Below are positions 48,990 to 57,580 of a stretch of DNA of 64,000 nucleotides, in pieces. Source of the DNA: an uncultured Clostridia bacterium (lineage in GTDB: Bacteria > Bacillota > Clostridia > UMGS1883); NCBI GenBank assembly GCA_947626145.1, contig CANQRB010000004.1:29250-93249 (forward strand), written 5' to 3'. Position numbers and translations under genes: made by a program. Under the pieces are notes generated by a model, which saw only the letters and a program-made list of their open reading frames with translations, did no database searches and was not told the DNA's origin. How positions within the stretch are numbered: position 1 is the first letter of the stretch; each line of letters opens with the position of its first letter.

Positions 48990-49960
48990 ATAACCTTACC
49001 TCCGGCGGATTTCAAAAGCCTGTTGCGCACCGCGACTCCGATGCCCTTATTTTCCGGCAGACGTGCATAAAGGGTATCTATCCCGTCCTCGTCGGCCTTG
49101 CGGAGGAAGTAAAAGAGCTTGGCGGCATAGTCCTCCACCGTCCCGCCGGCGTCGTACACCGGACGGTCGAAGCTGCCCCCGCCGTAAGTGAGTATGGCGG
49201 AATTTTCCGCAAAGGGTATCTTTGTCATGTCGCTGACGGCCCAGACCTTGGCTTTTGGACTGTAATGGGTGTACTTCATGCCGGGGCACTTGGGGGCGTT
49301 GGCGTAATCCCCGCCGTAAACGCAGTCCCCGGCCACGGCGGCAATATCCTCGGCGGTTATTGCGCCGGGCCGCAGCACCGTTGGCACGTCAAGGGTCATA
49401 TCCACCACAGTGGACTCCACCCCTATGAAGCTGTCGCCCCCGTCGATTATCATATCCACCCTGCCGTCCATGTCGTCTATGGCGTGGCGGGCGGCGGTGG
49501 GACTGGGACTGCCGCTGAGGTTGGCGCTGGGGGCGGCGATGGGCACGCCGGCGCGCCGTATCAGCTCATAGGCCACGGCGTGGCTGGGGAAACGTATGCT
49601 CACCGTGTCCAGTCCGGCGGAAACTATGTCCGGCACCTCGGGCCGGCGCTTAAGTATCACCGTCAGCGGCCCGCCCCAGAAGTGCTCCATGAGCCTCCGT
49701 GCCCGGTCGGGTATCTCCGAGGCCAGTTCCTCCGCCTGCTCAAGAGAGCAGATGTGGGAAATCAGGGGGTTGTCGGCGGGGCGGCCCTTGGCGGCGTAAA
49801 TTTTCGCCACAGCCGCCGGGTCAAAGGTGTTTGCCCCAAGCCCGTAAACCGTCTCGGTGGGGAAAACCACCAGTCCGCCCCGCAAAATAACCTCCGCCGC
49901 CCTGTCCATGAGCGCCGCGTCAATATTTTTCGGGTCTGTTTTTATGATCTCGGTGTTCAA
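48986..49960 (-). CDS. tsaC: L-threonylcarbamoyladenylate synthase (YrdC plus Sua5 domains)
   Basis: YrdC motif VVFPTETVYGLGANTFDP; the C-terminal Sua5 extension gives 324 aa. Confidence 0.85.
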   Translation of the reverse strand: MNTEIIKTDPKNIDAALMDRAAEVILRGGLVVFPTETVYGLGANTFDPAAVAKIYAAKGRPADNPLISHICSLEQAEELASEIPDRARRLMEHFWGGPLTVILKRRPEVPDIVSAGLDTVSIRFPSHAVAYELIRRAGVPIAAPSANLSGSPSPTAARHAIDDMDGRVDMIIDGGDSFIGVESTVVDMTLDVPTVLRPGAITAEDIAAVAGDCVYGGDYANAPKCPGMKYTHYSPKAKVWAVSDMTKIPFAENSAILTYGGGSFDRPVYDAGGTVEDYAAKLFYFLRKADEDGIDTLYARLPENKGIGVAVRNRLLKSAGGKVI

Positions 49961-49972
49961 GCTATCACTCTC

Positions 49973-51571
49973 TCAGATGACAAAATAAAATTCCACTCCG
50001 CCGTCCCGGTTCTCGAAGCCGCAGCTGCCCCCGTGGAGCTCCACGCACTTCTTCACTATAGTGAGGCCCAGACCGCTGCCGCCGTAGGCCCTTGTCCGGG
50101 CCTTGTCCAGCTTGCCGAAGCTCTCCCAGATCTGATCCGCCCCGCTGTCCGGTATGGGCGCGCCGCTGTTGTACACACCAAAACGCGCCCTCTCCCCTTC
50201 ACGGCGAAGGCTGACCCTGATAAGGCCCCTTTCGTCCACGTGATGGAGGGCGTTGGTTATGTAATTGTCTATCGCCTGGGTCACGGCGTTCTCATCGGCG
50301 GTTATTTCGATTTTTTCCGGGCAGTCCAGCTCAACGGAAGCACCCTGGCGCCTGGCAAGAATGTCAAAGCCCCGAACCTCTCTTTCCACCAGAGCGGAAA
50401 GGTCGAGAGCCGTCCTCTCGGGCTCGCCGCCCTCGGCGGCCTCCAGCTCGGCGACTGTCAGCATCTGCCGTATTATCTTATCCATACGCCCGGCCTCGTC
50501 GATGATAACGTCGCAGTAATAGTTTCTGTCCTCGGCGCTGGCGGCTATATTTTCCTTCAGGCCCTCGGCGTAACCGCCGATTAGGGCTACCGGCGTCTTA
50601 AGCTCGTGGGAGGCGGCGGCGATGAACTCCTTGCGCATACGGTCGATGGAGTTCTTGAGCTCGATGTCCTTTTCCAGACGGGCGTTTTTCTCCCGCAGCT
50701 CGTTGATGTTTTCCTCAAGGCGGGCGCTCATTATGTTGACGCTGCGGCCAAGATCGCCCACCTCGTCACCGGACTTGCCCTCGTATTTTCGGCTGAAATC
50801 CAGAGCGGACACGGCACCGGCTATTTCCGTAAGCTGACGGATGGGACGGGTGGCGGCGCCGGAGGCCGCAAAAACAATGGCGATGCCAAGCACAAGGGCC
50901 ACAACGCCGATAAACATCAGCAGTTCGTTGGCGGTACGCGCCGCCTCGTCCACCGGAGCCATGGCTGTCTGTAAAAACAGATAGTTTCCGTTGTCAAGAC
51001 GTGCGGTAAGACTGAGTACGGCGCCGCCCAGCCGCTCGTCATGGCGGGGGCTGAGGACGTATTTTTCATCGCCGAGGATCCTTCCGGCAATTTCGGCAAC
51101 GGGGATTTTTTTCTCCCAGCCGTGCCGGTCGCCCTCGGGAGGCGGGCCGCCGCCGCTTTCGTCCTCTCCGTCAGCCGGAGCCGGAGGCTCCGGAGGGCGG
51201 CGCCAGTCTTCGCCGCCCTCCTCCCAGGGATTTATGCCCTCACGGTCAAAAAGGCCCTCACGCAGCATGAAGAAAATATTCTGGGCGTTACGGACGGAGG
51301 CGAAGATCTCCTCGCCGTTCCCGTCACAGATAAATATGTCTATCCCCTCAACGGAGGAAATTTTGTCCAGCTCCAGCTCGTTCTCGACGGAGGACAGGGA
51401 GTTGACGGTGTTGTAGGCGTCCGTCAGGGCCACGCGCTTGTCCCGCTCGTAAAGCCGGGACAGCAGGATACGGTTGGCCACCGCTATCCCGCCGATGGTG
51501 ATAAGCAGTATCGCCGCAAAAATCAGCACAAATTTGGCCCTGAGGGTAACGCGGAATTTTTTATTTTTCAA
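49973..51571 (-). CDS. Sensor histidine kinase (2 TM helices, extracytoplasmic domain with a Pro/Gly/Glu-rich segment, HAMP, HisKA, HATPase_c)
   Basis: H-box ASHELKTPVALIGGYAEGL; G-boxes (GGSGLGLTIVKK). Confidence 0.85.
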   Translation of the reverse strand: MKNKKFRVTLRAKFVLIFAAILLITIGGIAVANRILLSRLYERDKRVALTDAYNTVNSLSSVENELELDKISSVEGIDIFICDGNGEEIFASVRNAQNIFFMLREGLFDREGINPWEEGGEDWRRPPEPPAPADGEDESGGGPPPEGDRHGWEKKIPVAEIAGRILGDEKYVLSPRHDERLGGAVLSLTARLDNGNYLFLQTAMAPVDEAARTANELLMFIGVVALVLGIAIVFAASGAATRPIRQLTEIAGAVSALDFSRKYEGKSGDEVGDLGRSVNIMSARLEENINELREKNARLEKDIELKNSIDRMRKEFIAAASHELKTPVALIGGYAEGLKENIAASAEDRNYYCDVIIDEAGRMDKIIRQMLTVAELEAAEGGEPERTALDLSALVEREVRGFDILARRQGASVELDCPEKIEITADENAVTQAIDNYITNALHHVDERGLIRVSLRREGERARFGVYNSGAPIPDSGADQIWESFGKLDKARTRAYGGSGLGLTIVKKCVELHGGSCGFENRDGGVEFYFVI

Positions 51572-52241
51572 ACCTGTATCCCACTCCCCTCACCGTTTGC
51601 AGCATATCCCCCCACTGACCCAGCTTTTTCCTCAGCTTGGTCACATGGGTGTCAATGGTGCGGGCGTCGCCGAAGTAGTCATAGTTCCAAACGTTGTCAA
51701 GAATTTTCTCACGGGTCAGGGTGGAGCCCCGATTCTCCATGAGGTACAGGAGCAGGTCATACTCCTTCAGGCTCATATATATCTCCTCGCCGTCCACATA
51801 GACGGTGTGGGCCTCCCTGTCCACCCTTATCCCGCCGACGGTAAGCTCGCTGCCCCCGTCGGAAGAGGCCGTGCGCCGGAGCATGGCCTCGACCCGGGCC
51901 ACAAAGACCTTGGGCGAAAAGGGCTTGGTCACATAATCGTCCGCCCCGGCCTCGAAGCCCTCCACCTCGTCGCTCTCCTGCGAAAGGGCGGTGAGCATGA
52001 TAACGGGTACGTCCGAGGTTTTGCGCACCTCGCGGCAGACCTCCCAGCCGCTCAGCCCGGGCATCATCACGTCAAGGATCAGCAGCTTTATTTCCTTTGG
52101 CTGGGCGTTGTACAGCTCCAGCGCCCGGCTGCCGTTCTCCGCCTCGACAACGCTGTAGCCCGCCGCCTCAAGGAAGTCCCTGATAAGCCGCCGCATCCTG
52201 TCCTCGTCGTCGGCGACGAGAATTTTGATTTTAGAGCTCAT
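51561..52241 (-). CDS. OmpR-family response regulator
   Basis: REC (ILVADDE...LILDVMMPGLSG) and winged-helix (TIDTHVTKLRKKL...VRGVGYRF). Confidence 0.9.
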   Translation of the reverse strand: MSSKIKILVADDEDRMRRLIRDFLEAAGYSVVEAENGSRALELYNAQPKEIKLLILDVMMPGLSGWEVCREVRKTSDVPVIMLTALSQESDEVEGFEAGADDYVTKPFSPKVFVARVEAMLRRTASSDGGSELTVGGIRVDREAHTVYVDGEEIYMSLKEYDLLLYLMENRGSTLTREKILDNVWNYDYFGDARTIDTHVTKLRKKLGQWGDMLQTVRGVGYRFEK

Positions 52242-52253
52242 GCTTTACCTCCC

Positions 52254-53000
52254 TCAGTCCAGATCACCCGAAGCCTTGGCGGCGTTGTAGCTGTTGGCGG
52301 TCTCGTTGACCGTTTCGTTTATTTCATTGGCGGCGTTCTGAATATCGCCCAGCATGGCGTTGAGCAGCTCGGGAGTCAGGGCCGGACGAAGGACGCCGTC
52401 GCTGCCGGTATCCAGCCGAATATACACGTCCGTGGAAGTGTTGTTTATCTCGCCCGACTCCAGCACCTCCACAAGAGCCCGGTCGTTGAACTCGGCGGCC
52501 TCCTCGCTGGTGGCAACCTCTCCGTTCATCATGGCGTCGTTCATGCGTATGAACACCTGACCGTAGACCTCGCGCATGGAAGGGGCCGATATTTTGGCGC
52601 TGATATAATTGACGCCGTTTTCGGTAAGGCTCTCGCCCAGCTCGTAGCTCATACGGGGCAGCAGAGCGGCATAGGCCACATTGTTACGCGCGCTTTCCAC
52701 GTCCATCAACTGACGGTCCTCCTCACGGGCGTTGGCAAGAGCGCCCTCATAGTCCAGCTTTTGGAAGCAGTCCAGCATAGCCGAGGCGGCGGCGCGGTTG
52801 GCGGCGATAACCTCCTCGTCCGTCACCGGCTGAAATTCGTGTTCCTCCTCTTCCGGCAGGGCGTCCTCAGTCCCGGTCTGCTGTGCCGCACTGCCGTTAT
52901 AGCTGTTGCTGATTTGTTCGTCGGGCTTGTCGGCCTGCTTCCTCCCGCATCCGGCGAGGGCAAGGACGAGCACAAGGGCGATGATCACATTCTTTTTCAT
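52254..53000 (-). CDS. Lipoprotein of unknown function (lipobox LAGC), first gene of a lipoprotein-RR-HK operon
   Basis: MKKNVIIALVLVLALAGC signal/lipobox. Confidence 0.6.
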   Translation of the reverse strand: MKKNVIIALVLVLALAGCGRKQADKPDEQISNSYNGSAAQQTGTEDALPEEEEHEFQPVTDEEVIAANRAAASAMLDCFQKLDYEGALANAREEDRQLMDVESARNNVAYAALLPRMSYELGESLTENGVNYISAKISAPSMREVYGQVFIRMNDAMMNGEVATSEEAAEFNDRALVEVLESGEINNTSTDVYIRLDTGSDGVLRPALTPELLNAMLGDIQNAANEINETVNETANSYNAAKASGDLD

Positions 53001-53153
53001 AAAAATCCTTCCTTTTACTGTTCAACATTACACACAAAAAGCCCTGAATGGGCTTTTCGGAGCGGGGCCGCGCTCCCGTAACAGACGGCCGGCCCCGCCT
53101 CACATTATCCCCGCAGGAGCCTTGTAATTTTCAAATACTGACATATGACAAAT

Positions 53154-53423
53154 TTAACCCTTATTTTCTCCGTGTACATCCTCAAACGGTTTGGGGCAGT
53201 CAGGGTCAAGGTCACAACAGAACAGAAGAAATTCCGAAGAACTGGGTGAGTTTTCTTTTATAAACTCTATCATTTTTTGTGCCGTGCCAAGCCTTTTTGC
53301 GTCTATGCACGCACCTATTTCAAGGCCCTCATAACATCTCGGTATTGTCCTGACCCATTTTAACAGCTCCTGAAATTCTTCCCGCTCAAGCAGCGGGACT
53401 TTTTTCGTTTCTTTATTTTTCAT
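53154..53423 (-). CDS. Small hypothetical protein, paralog B (89 aa, start MKNKETKKVPLLERE at 53423)
   Basis: About 70% identical to paralog A; its ATG overlaps the stop of A (ATGAAAAATAA). Confidence 0.45.
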   Translation of the reverse strand: MKNKETKKVPLLEREEFQELLKWVRTIPRCYEGLEIGACIDAKRLGTAQKMIEFIKENSPSSSEFLLFCCDLDPDCPKPFEDVHGENKG

Positions 53424-53676
53424 TTTGTATATCCTCGAACGGTTTGGGGCGTTTGGGGTCAAGGCCATAACAGAACAAAACGAGTTCTGAAGAGCTGGGG
53501 GAGTTTTCCTTGATGTAGTCAACGATTTCCTTCGTCTTGCCAAATTTTTTTGCTTCTATGCAAGTACCTATTTCAAGATCCACGTAACAGTCCGGTATCG
53601 TTCTGACCCACTTTAACAGCTCCTGAAATTCTTCCTGCTCAAGCAGCGGTATTTTTTTCGTTTCTTTATTTTTCAT
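53413..53676 (-). CDS. Small hypothetical protein, paralog A (87 aa)
   Basis: MKNKETKKIPLLEQEEFQELLKWVRTIPDCY...; sits 55 nt downstream of the S8 peptidase stop. Confidence 0.5.
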   Translation of the reverse strand: MKNKETKKIPLLEQEEFQELLKWVRTIPDCYVDLEIGTCIEAKKFGKTKEIVDYIKENSPSSSELVLFCYGLDPKRPKPFEDIQNEK

Positions 53677-53730
53677 TATTTATCATCCATTCTTAAACAT
53701 TTTCAATGCGGCAAATCGGGCCTTACCGGC

Positions 53731-55209
53731 CTATTCCGTAACGGGCTCATACCTGTCCGCCGGGCAAAGAGGTTCGAGTTTGTCCATCATCCAGACCATG
53801 TGAGTCACCGGATCAAGGGACATATAATCCTTCGTGGTGACCGAGCTGCGCGGGGCAAGGGTTACGGCGGAGGTTTTCTGATTATACTGAACGCCGTTAT
53901 TGCTCGCCGCCCATATATCCGTCACGGTATAGCTGTCAAAGCCGCTGTTGGTTATGGTCGCGGATGCGGTGAAGCTGTCGCTGTCAAAGCTTATGCCGCT
54001 GACGGTTATTTTCCTGCCCAGAAGGGTATCCATCATCCTGCCGACGTCCACGATGCCGAAGCCGTAAAAGGTGTCCCAGCCGGGAGCCCCCATATCACGG
54101 GACGTGGCCTGAATAAGGGAGCGGAACCGGTTCACGTCCGCCTCGGGCTCGATCTGCTTGACAAGAGCCGCCACGGAGGCTATGTATGGCGAGGAAAACG
54201 ACGTGCCGCTGTTTTGCCCGAAGCCCATATTCGACAGGTCTTTGAAATTGAGGACGGAGACGCTTCCGCCGCAGGCGGCCACATCCACCTGACTGTTATG
54301 GTACGAAAAGCTGGAATAGTTGCCGTTGCTGTCCACCGAGGCCACGCTTATCACGTTGTTAAAAGCGCCGGGGTACATAAAGGGGCTGTCCTTATTCAGA
54401 TCGTTTTTGTTGTTGGTCGTACTGTCGTGATTGCCCGCGGCGGCCACCACTATGATGCCCCTGTTGGCGGCGTTGTCAATAATTTCCTTCATGGACTTTA
54501 TGGCGGCGGCATTGTTGGCGTCTTCCTTCGCGCCAACACTCATATTTATAACGTCGCAGCCCTGCCTTACGGCGTAGTCCAAGCCGAGGATGAGGTTGCT
54601 GACGGCGGTGGTGTTTGAGTTGCCGGGGAAGGCCTTTATCACCACGAGATCAACGCCGTCGGCCAGGCTGGAAAGTCCCCTGCTGTTGTTGGTCGCGGCG
54701 CATATCATCCCGGCCACAGAGGTGCCGTGGCCCTGATAATCGGTGACATCCTCCGCCTTGGGGTCAGTCTCCTTGACGGTCACATCCCGCCGTCCGACGA
54801 CCTTGGCGTAGTTGATATCCGGATGGCCGTTGGCGATGCCCGTATCAATGATACCCACCTTGACGCCGGAGCCGTTATACGTTCCGTTGTTAACCACGCC
54901 GATAGCGTTTGTGAGCCGGAACTCATAGCTCCGCTGGCGCTCGTAGCCCGTGTCGTCGGCGGCATCCATGAGCTCCACCGAGGCGTCGGGGCCGTAATAT
55001 TCAATTATGCCCGCCTCATACAGGCGCTGAAGCTCCTCAAGGTCGTCGCTGAGATAGATGGCCCCGCTTAGGTGGTTCTGCTCCATCTCAAGGCTCATTG
55101 GCATAACAAGGCCGTCCCTGTACCGGAATATGTAGTCCTGGGCATACGCGGCAGAGCAGAACAGCAGCGCCATCAGCCCGGTCAGAAAAAAACTTTTGAC
55201 AAATTTCAT
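53731..55209 (-). CDS. Subtilisin-like serine peptidase (S8) with signal peptide
   Basis: D/H/S triad motifs VGIIDTGI, HGTSVAGM, GTSFSSPYIASVAAL; signal peptide MKFVKSFFLTGLMALLFCSAAYA. Confidence 0.85.
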   Translation of the reverse strand: MKFVKSFFLTGLMALLFCSAAYAQDYIFRYRDGLVMPMSLEMEQNHLSGAIYLSDDLEELQRLYEAGIIEYYGPDASVELMDAADDTGYERQRSYEFRLTNAIGVVNNGTYNGSGVKVGIIDTGIANGHPDINYAKVVGRRDVTVKETDPKAEDVTDYQGHGTSVAGMICAATNNSRGLSSLADGVDLVVIKAFPGNSNTTAVSNLILGLDYAVRQGCDVINMSVGAKEDANNAAAIKSMKEIIDNAANRGIIVVAAAGNHDSTTNNKNDLNKDSPFMYPGAFNNVISVASVDSNGNYSSFSYHNSQVDVAACGGSVSVLNFKDLSNMGFGQNSGTSFSSPYIASVAALVKQIEPEADVNRFRSLIQATSRDMGAPGWDTFYGFGIVDVGRMMDTLLGRKITVSGISFDSDSFTASATITNSGFDSYTVTDIWAASNNGVQYNQKTSAVTLAPRSSVTTKDYMSLDPVTHMVWMMDKLEPLCPADRYEPVTE

Positions 55210-55369
55210 AGCTTTATCCCCTGAAATCAACAATCAATAATATTACATTTTCTATTGTACAATAAAAAAGGAAATTTGTCAAATGAATTTTTTGTTATTT
55301 TTATTTTAAACTAATCCCAAATTAAAATCATAAATATGTGAGTTCATTATGGTAACAATGACAGATTAA

Positions 55370-55525
55370 AAAGGCTTCCCCTCGAGGGGAAGCTGTCAGC
55401 GACAGCTGACTGATGAGGTGTAGCCGCTGTGCGGCGTTAGCATAGCCGTAAACGTATAACGGATGCTTCGCATCCTACACCTCATCCGGCACTTCGTGCC
55501 ACCTTCCCCTCAAAGGGGAAGGCTT
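55370..55525. repeat. About 155-bp highly structured palindromic element (terminal hairpins gcttcccctcgaggggaagc and ccttcccctcaaaggggaagg; internal 12-bp long-range stem gatgaggtgtag/ctacacctcatc plus three small hairpins); MITE-like or a structured 3'UTR/ncRNA
   Basis: Perfect 20-bp palindrome at 55374-55393; 12-bp stem 55412-55423 with 55475-55486; hairpins ggatgcttcgcatcc and ggcacttcgtgcc; AT-rich flanks. Confidence 0.4.
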
Positions 55526-55708
55526 TATTATCTGCTATATTTAATACTACTTTCTAATTAAAATCATCAATTCACGGCAGTCTTTTTGGTCTCTTCCTTG
55601 TCTGACACGAAAAATCCTCGCCACTCGGTGTCTGCTTTTAATAGATTAGTATTAAATAAATAAGGGGACAGGCTTTCAGATCAAACCGAAAACCCGTCCC
55701 CGCTCCGC

Positions 55709-56059
55709 TCACCTTCCGCTCAGCCCGAAGCTGACGGATATGGCGTCGTTGACCTTTACCATCTGCAATTCATCCAAACGGCCTATCTTTTCACGAAGGC
55801 GCTTTTTATCTATGGTCCGTATCTGCTCCAGAAGGACGACGCTGTCCTTTTGGAGGCCGTACTGGGCCGCCTCTATCTCAATGTGCGTGGGGAGCTTGGC
55901 CTTGTTGATGCGGCTGGTTATGGCGGCGGCTATGACCGTGGGGCTGTACTTGTTGCCCACGTCGTTCTGCACCACCAGCACCGGCCTGACGCCGCCCTGC
56001 TCTGAACCCACCACCGGACTAAGATCCGCGTAAAAAATGTCGCCTCGCTTGACAATCAC
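55709..56059 (-). CDS. ndoA: MazF/PemK-family endoribonuclease toxin (EndoA-like)
   Basis: [33 protein letters not shown]...ITSR matches the MazF/EndoA pattern. Confidence 0.85.
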   Translation of the reverse strand: MIVKRGDIFYADLSPVVGSEQGGVRPVLVVQNDVGNKYSPTVIAAAITSRINKAKLPTHIEIEAAQYGLQKDSVVLLEQIRTIDKKRLREKIGRLDELQMVKVNDAISVSFGLSGR

Positions 56060-56065
56060 TAAACT

Positions 56066-56341
56066 TCACTCTCCGATAAAATTTTCGTAGGCGTACAACG
56101 CGATTTCATCAGTTGGAAGGGCTTCATTAGCGATTTTCAGATTTATCTCGGCCATCTCGAGATACCCCGACCGCATAAGGGACTTAAGCTCCAGCCGCCG
56201 CTTTTCCCTCAGGTAAGAGCGGACGATCTGGACGATAAAGTCGCTGCGGCTGTTGCGTCCGGGACCGGCGAGAAGGTCTATCTCGGACAGCATGGAATCG
56301 GGTATACTCAGTGAGATCTCCTTTTCACAGCGCTGTGGCAT
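56066..56341 (-). CDS. ndoAI: EndoAI/MazE-type antitoxin
   Basis: ISLSIPDSMLSEID...RSGYLEMAEINLKIANEA resembles B. subtilis EndoAI (YdcD); located between alr and mazF as in Bacillus. Confidence 0.8.
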   Translation of the reverse strand: MPQRCEKEISLSIPDSMLSEIDLLAGPGRNSRSDFIVQIVRSYLREKRRLELKSLMRSGYLEMAEINLKIANEALPTDEIALYAYENFIGE

Positions 56342-56443
56342 ATCTGTTCCTCCTTCACATACGGGAGCTGACCCCTATTATATATGAATATTATACAACA
56401 AATATGCCCGGGCGTCAAACCACAAACTCCGGAAAACGTGCCG

Positions 56444-57580
56444 CTATATGTAAATTCGGGGAACGCGCTTTCCGACGGTACAGATGACCTCATAGTTTAT
56501 TGTGCCCATAATTTCCGCAAGCTCTTCCACCGGCACGGTCTGTCCTCCGTCGCTGCCGAACAGAACCACACTGTCGCCTACAGAAATATTTTGGACATTT
56601 CTCAGGTCAATCATACATTGATCCATACAAATTCTGCCCAGGACGGCCTTTTTTTCTCCGCCGACAATGACCCGGGCTCTGCCGCTGAGGGCGCGGGAGT
56701 AGCCGTCGGCGTAGCCGGCGCTGACCGTGCCGATTTTCATATCCTCGGGAGTGGTGTAAGCTCCGCCGTAGCTGACGAGGCTGCCCTCTGGCACGGTCTT
56801 TATTTCGGAAATGCGGGCCCTCATGCTCATGACGGGCCTCAGCGGCAGGCGGCTCCTGTCCACCTCATCCGAGGGATACAGGCCGTAAAGCACTATCCCC
56901 GCCCGCACCATGTCAAGGTGCATCTCCGGAGCGTTCATTATGGCCGCGCTGTTGCAGCAGTGCCGAACCTTTATATGCACTCCGGCGGCCTCTATCCTGT
57001 CCAGACAGTCCATGAAGCGCCGGAACTGCAGCTTTTGATACGTGTTGTCCCGCTCGTCCGCCTTGGAAAAATGGGTGAAGGCTCCCTCCACCTCTATGCC
57101 GGGCAGATCGGCTATTTCCCTGACCCTGGCGGCAAGCTCCGGATCGGAATAGTACAGGCCCAGCCGGTTCATGCCGGTGTCCAGCTTGATATGCACCTTC
57201 ACGCTCTTATCCTGTGCGGCGGCCTCACGGCTCAGCACCCGGGCAAGGGCGAGGTCAAATACCGCCGGTATCACATCCAGCCGCACAATGTCGGCGGCGT
57301 TTTCCTCGTCGGCCCCGCTGAGCATGTGTATCGGGGTCTCGGGGAAGCGCGCCCGCAGCTGAGCGGCCTCGTCCACGGTGGCCACCGCAAGCCGGTCGGC
57401 CCCGTTTTTAAGCAGCACCTTTGACACCTCAACCGCGCCGTGGCCGTAGCCGTCGGCCTTGACCACGCCCATGACCATGGCCCGGGGGTCGGTTATGCTC
57501 CGCACGTTCCTCATATTTTCGGCAAGGGCGCCCAAATCTATCTCAGTCCAGACTCTTCCGTGACCGCTCACTGTTATCAA
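56444..57580 (-). CDS. alr: Alanine racemase
   Basis: PLP-binding VVKADGYGHG and the C-terminal beta domain. Confidence 0.9.
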   Translation of the reverse strand: MITVSGHGRVWTEIDLGALAENMRNVRSITDPRAMVMGVVKADGYGHGAVEVSKVLLKNGADRLAVATVDEAAQLRARFPETPIHMLSGADEENAADIVRLDVIPAVFDLALARVLSREAAAQDKSVKVHIKLDTGMNRLGLYYSDPELAARVREIADLPGIEVEGAFTHFSKADERDNTYQKLQFRRFMDCLDRIEAAGVHIKVRHCCNSAAIMNAPEMHLDMVRAGIVLYGLYPSDEVDRSRLPLRPVMSMRARISEIKTVPEGSLVSYGGAYTTPEDMKIGTVSAGYADGYSRALSGRARVIVGGEKKAVLGRICMDQCMIDLRNVQNISVGDSVVLFGSDGGQTVPVEELAEIMGTINYEVICTVGKRVPRIYI

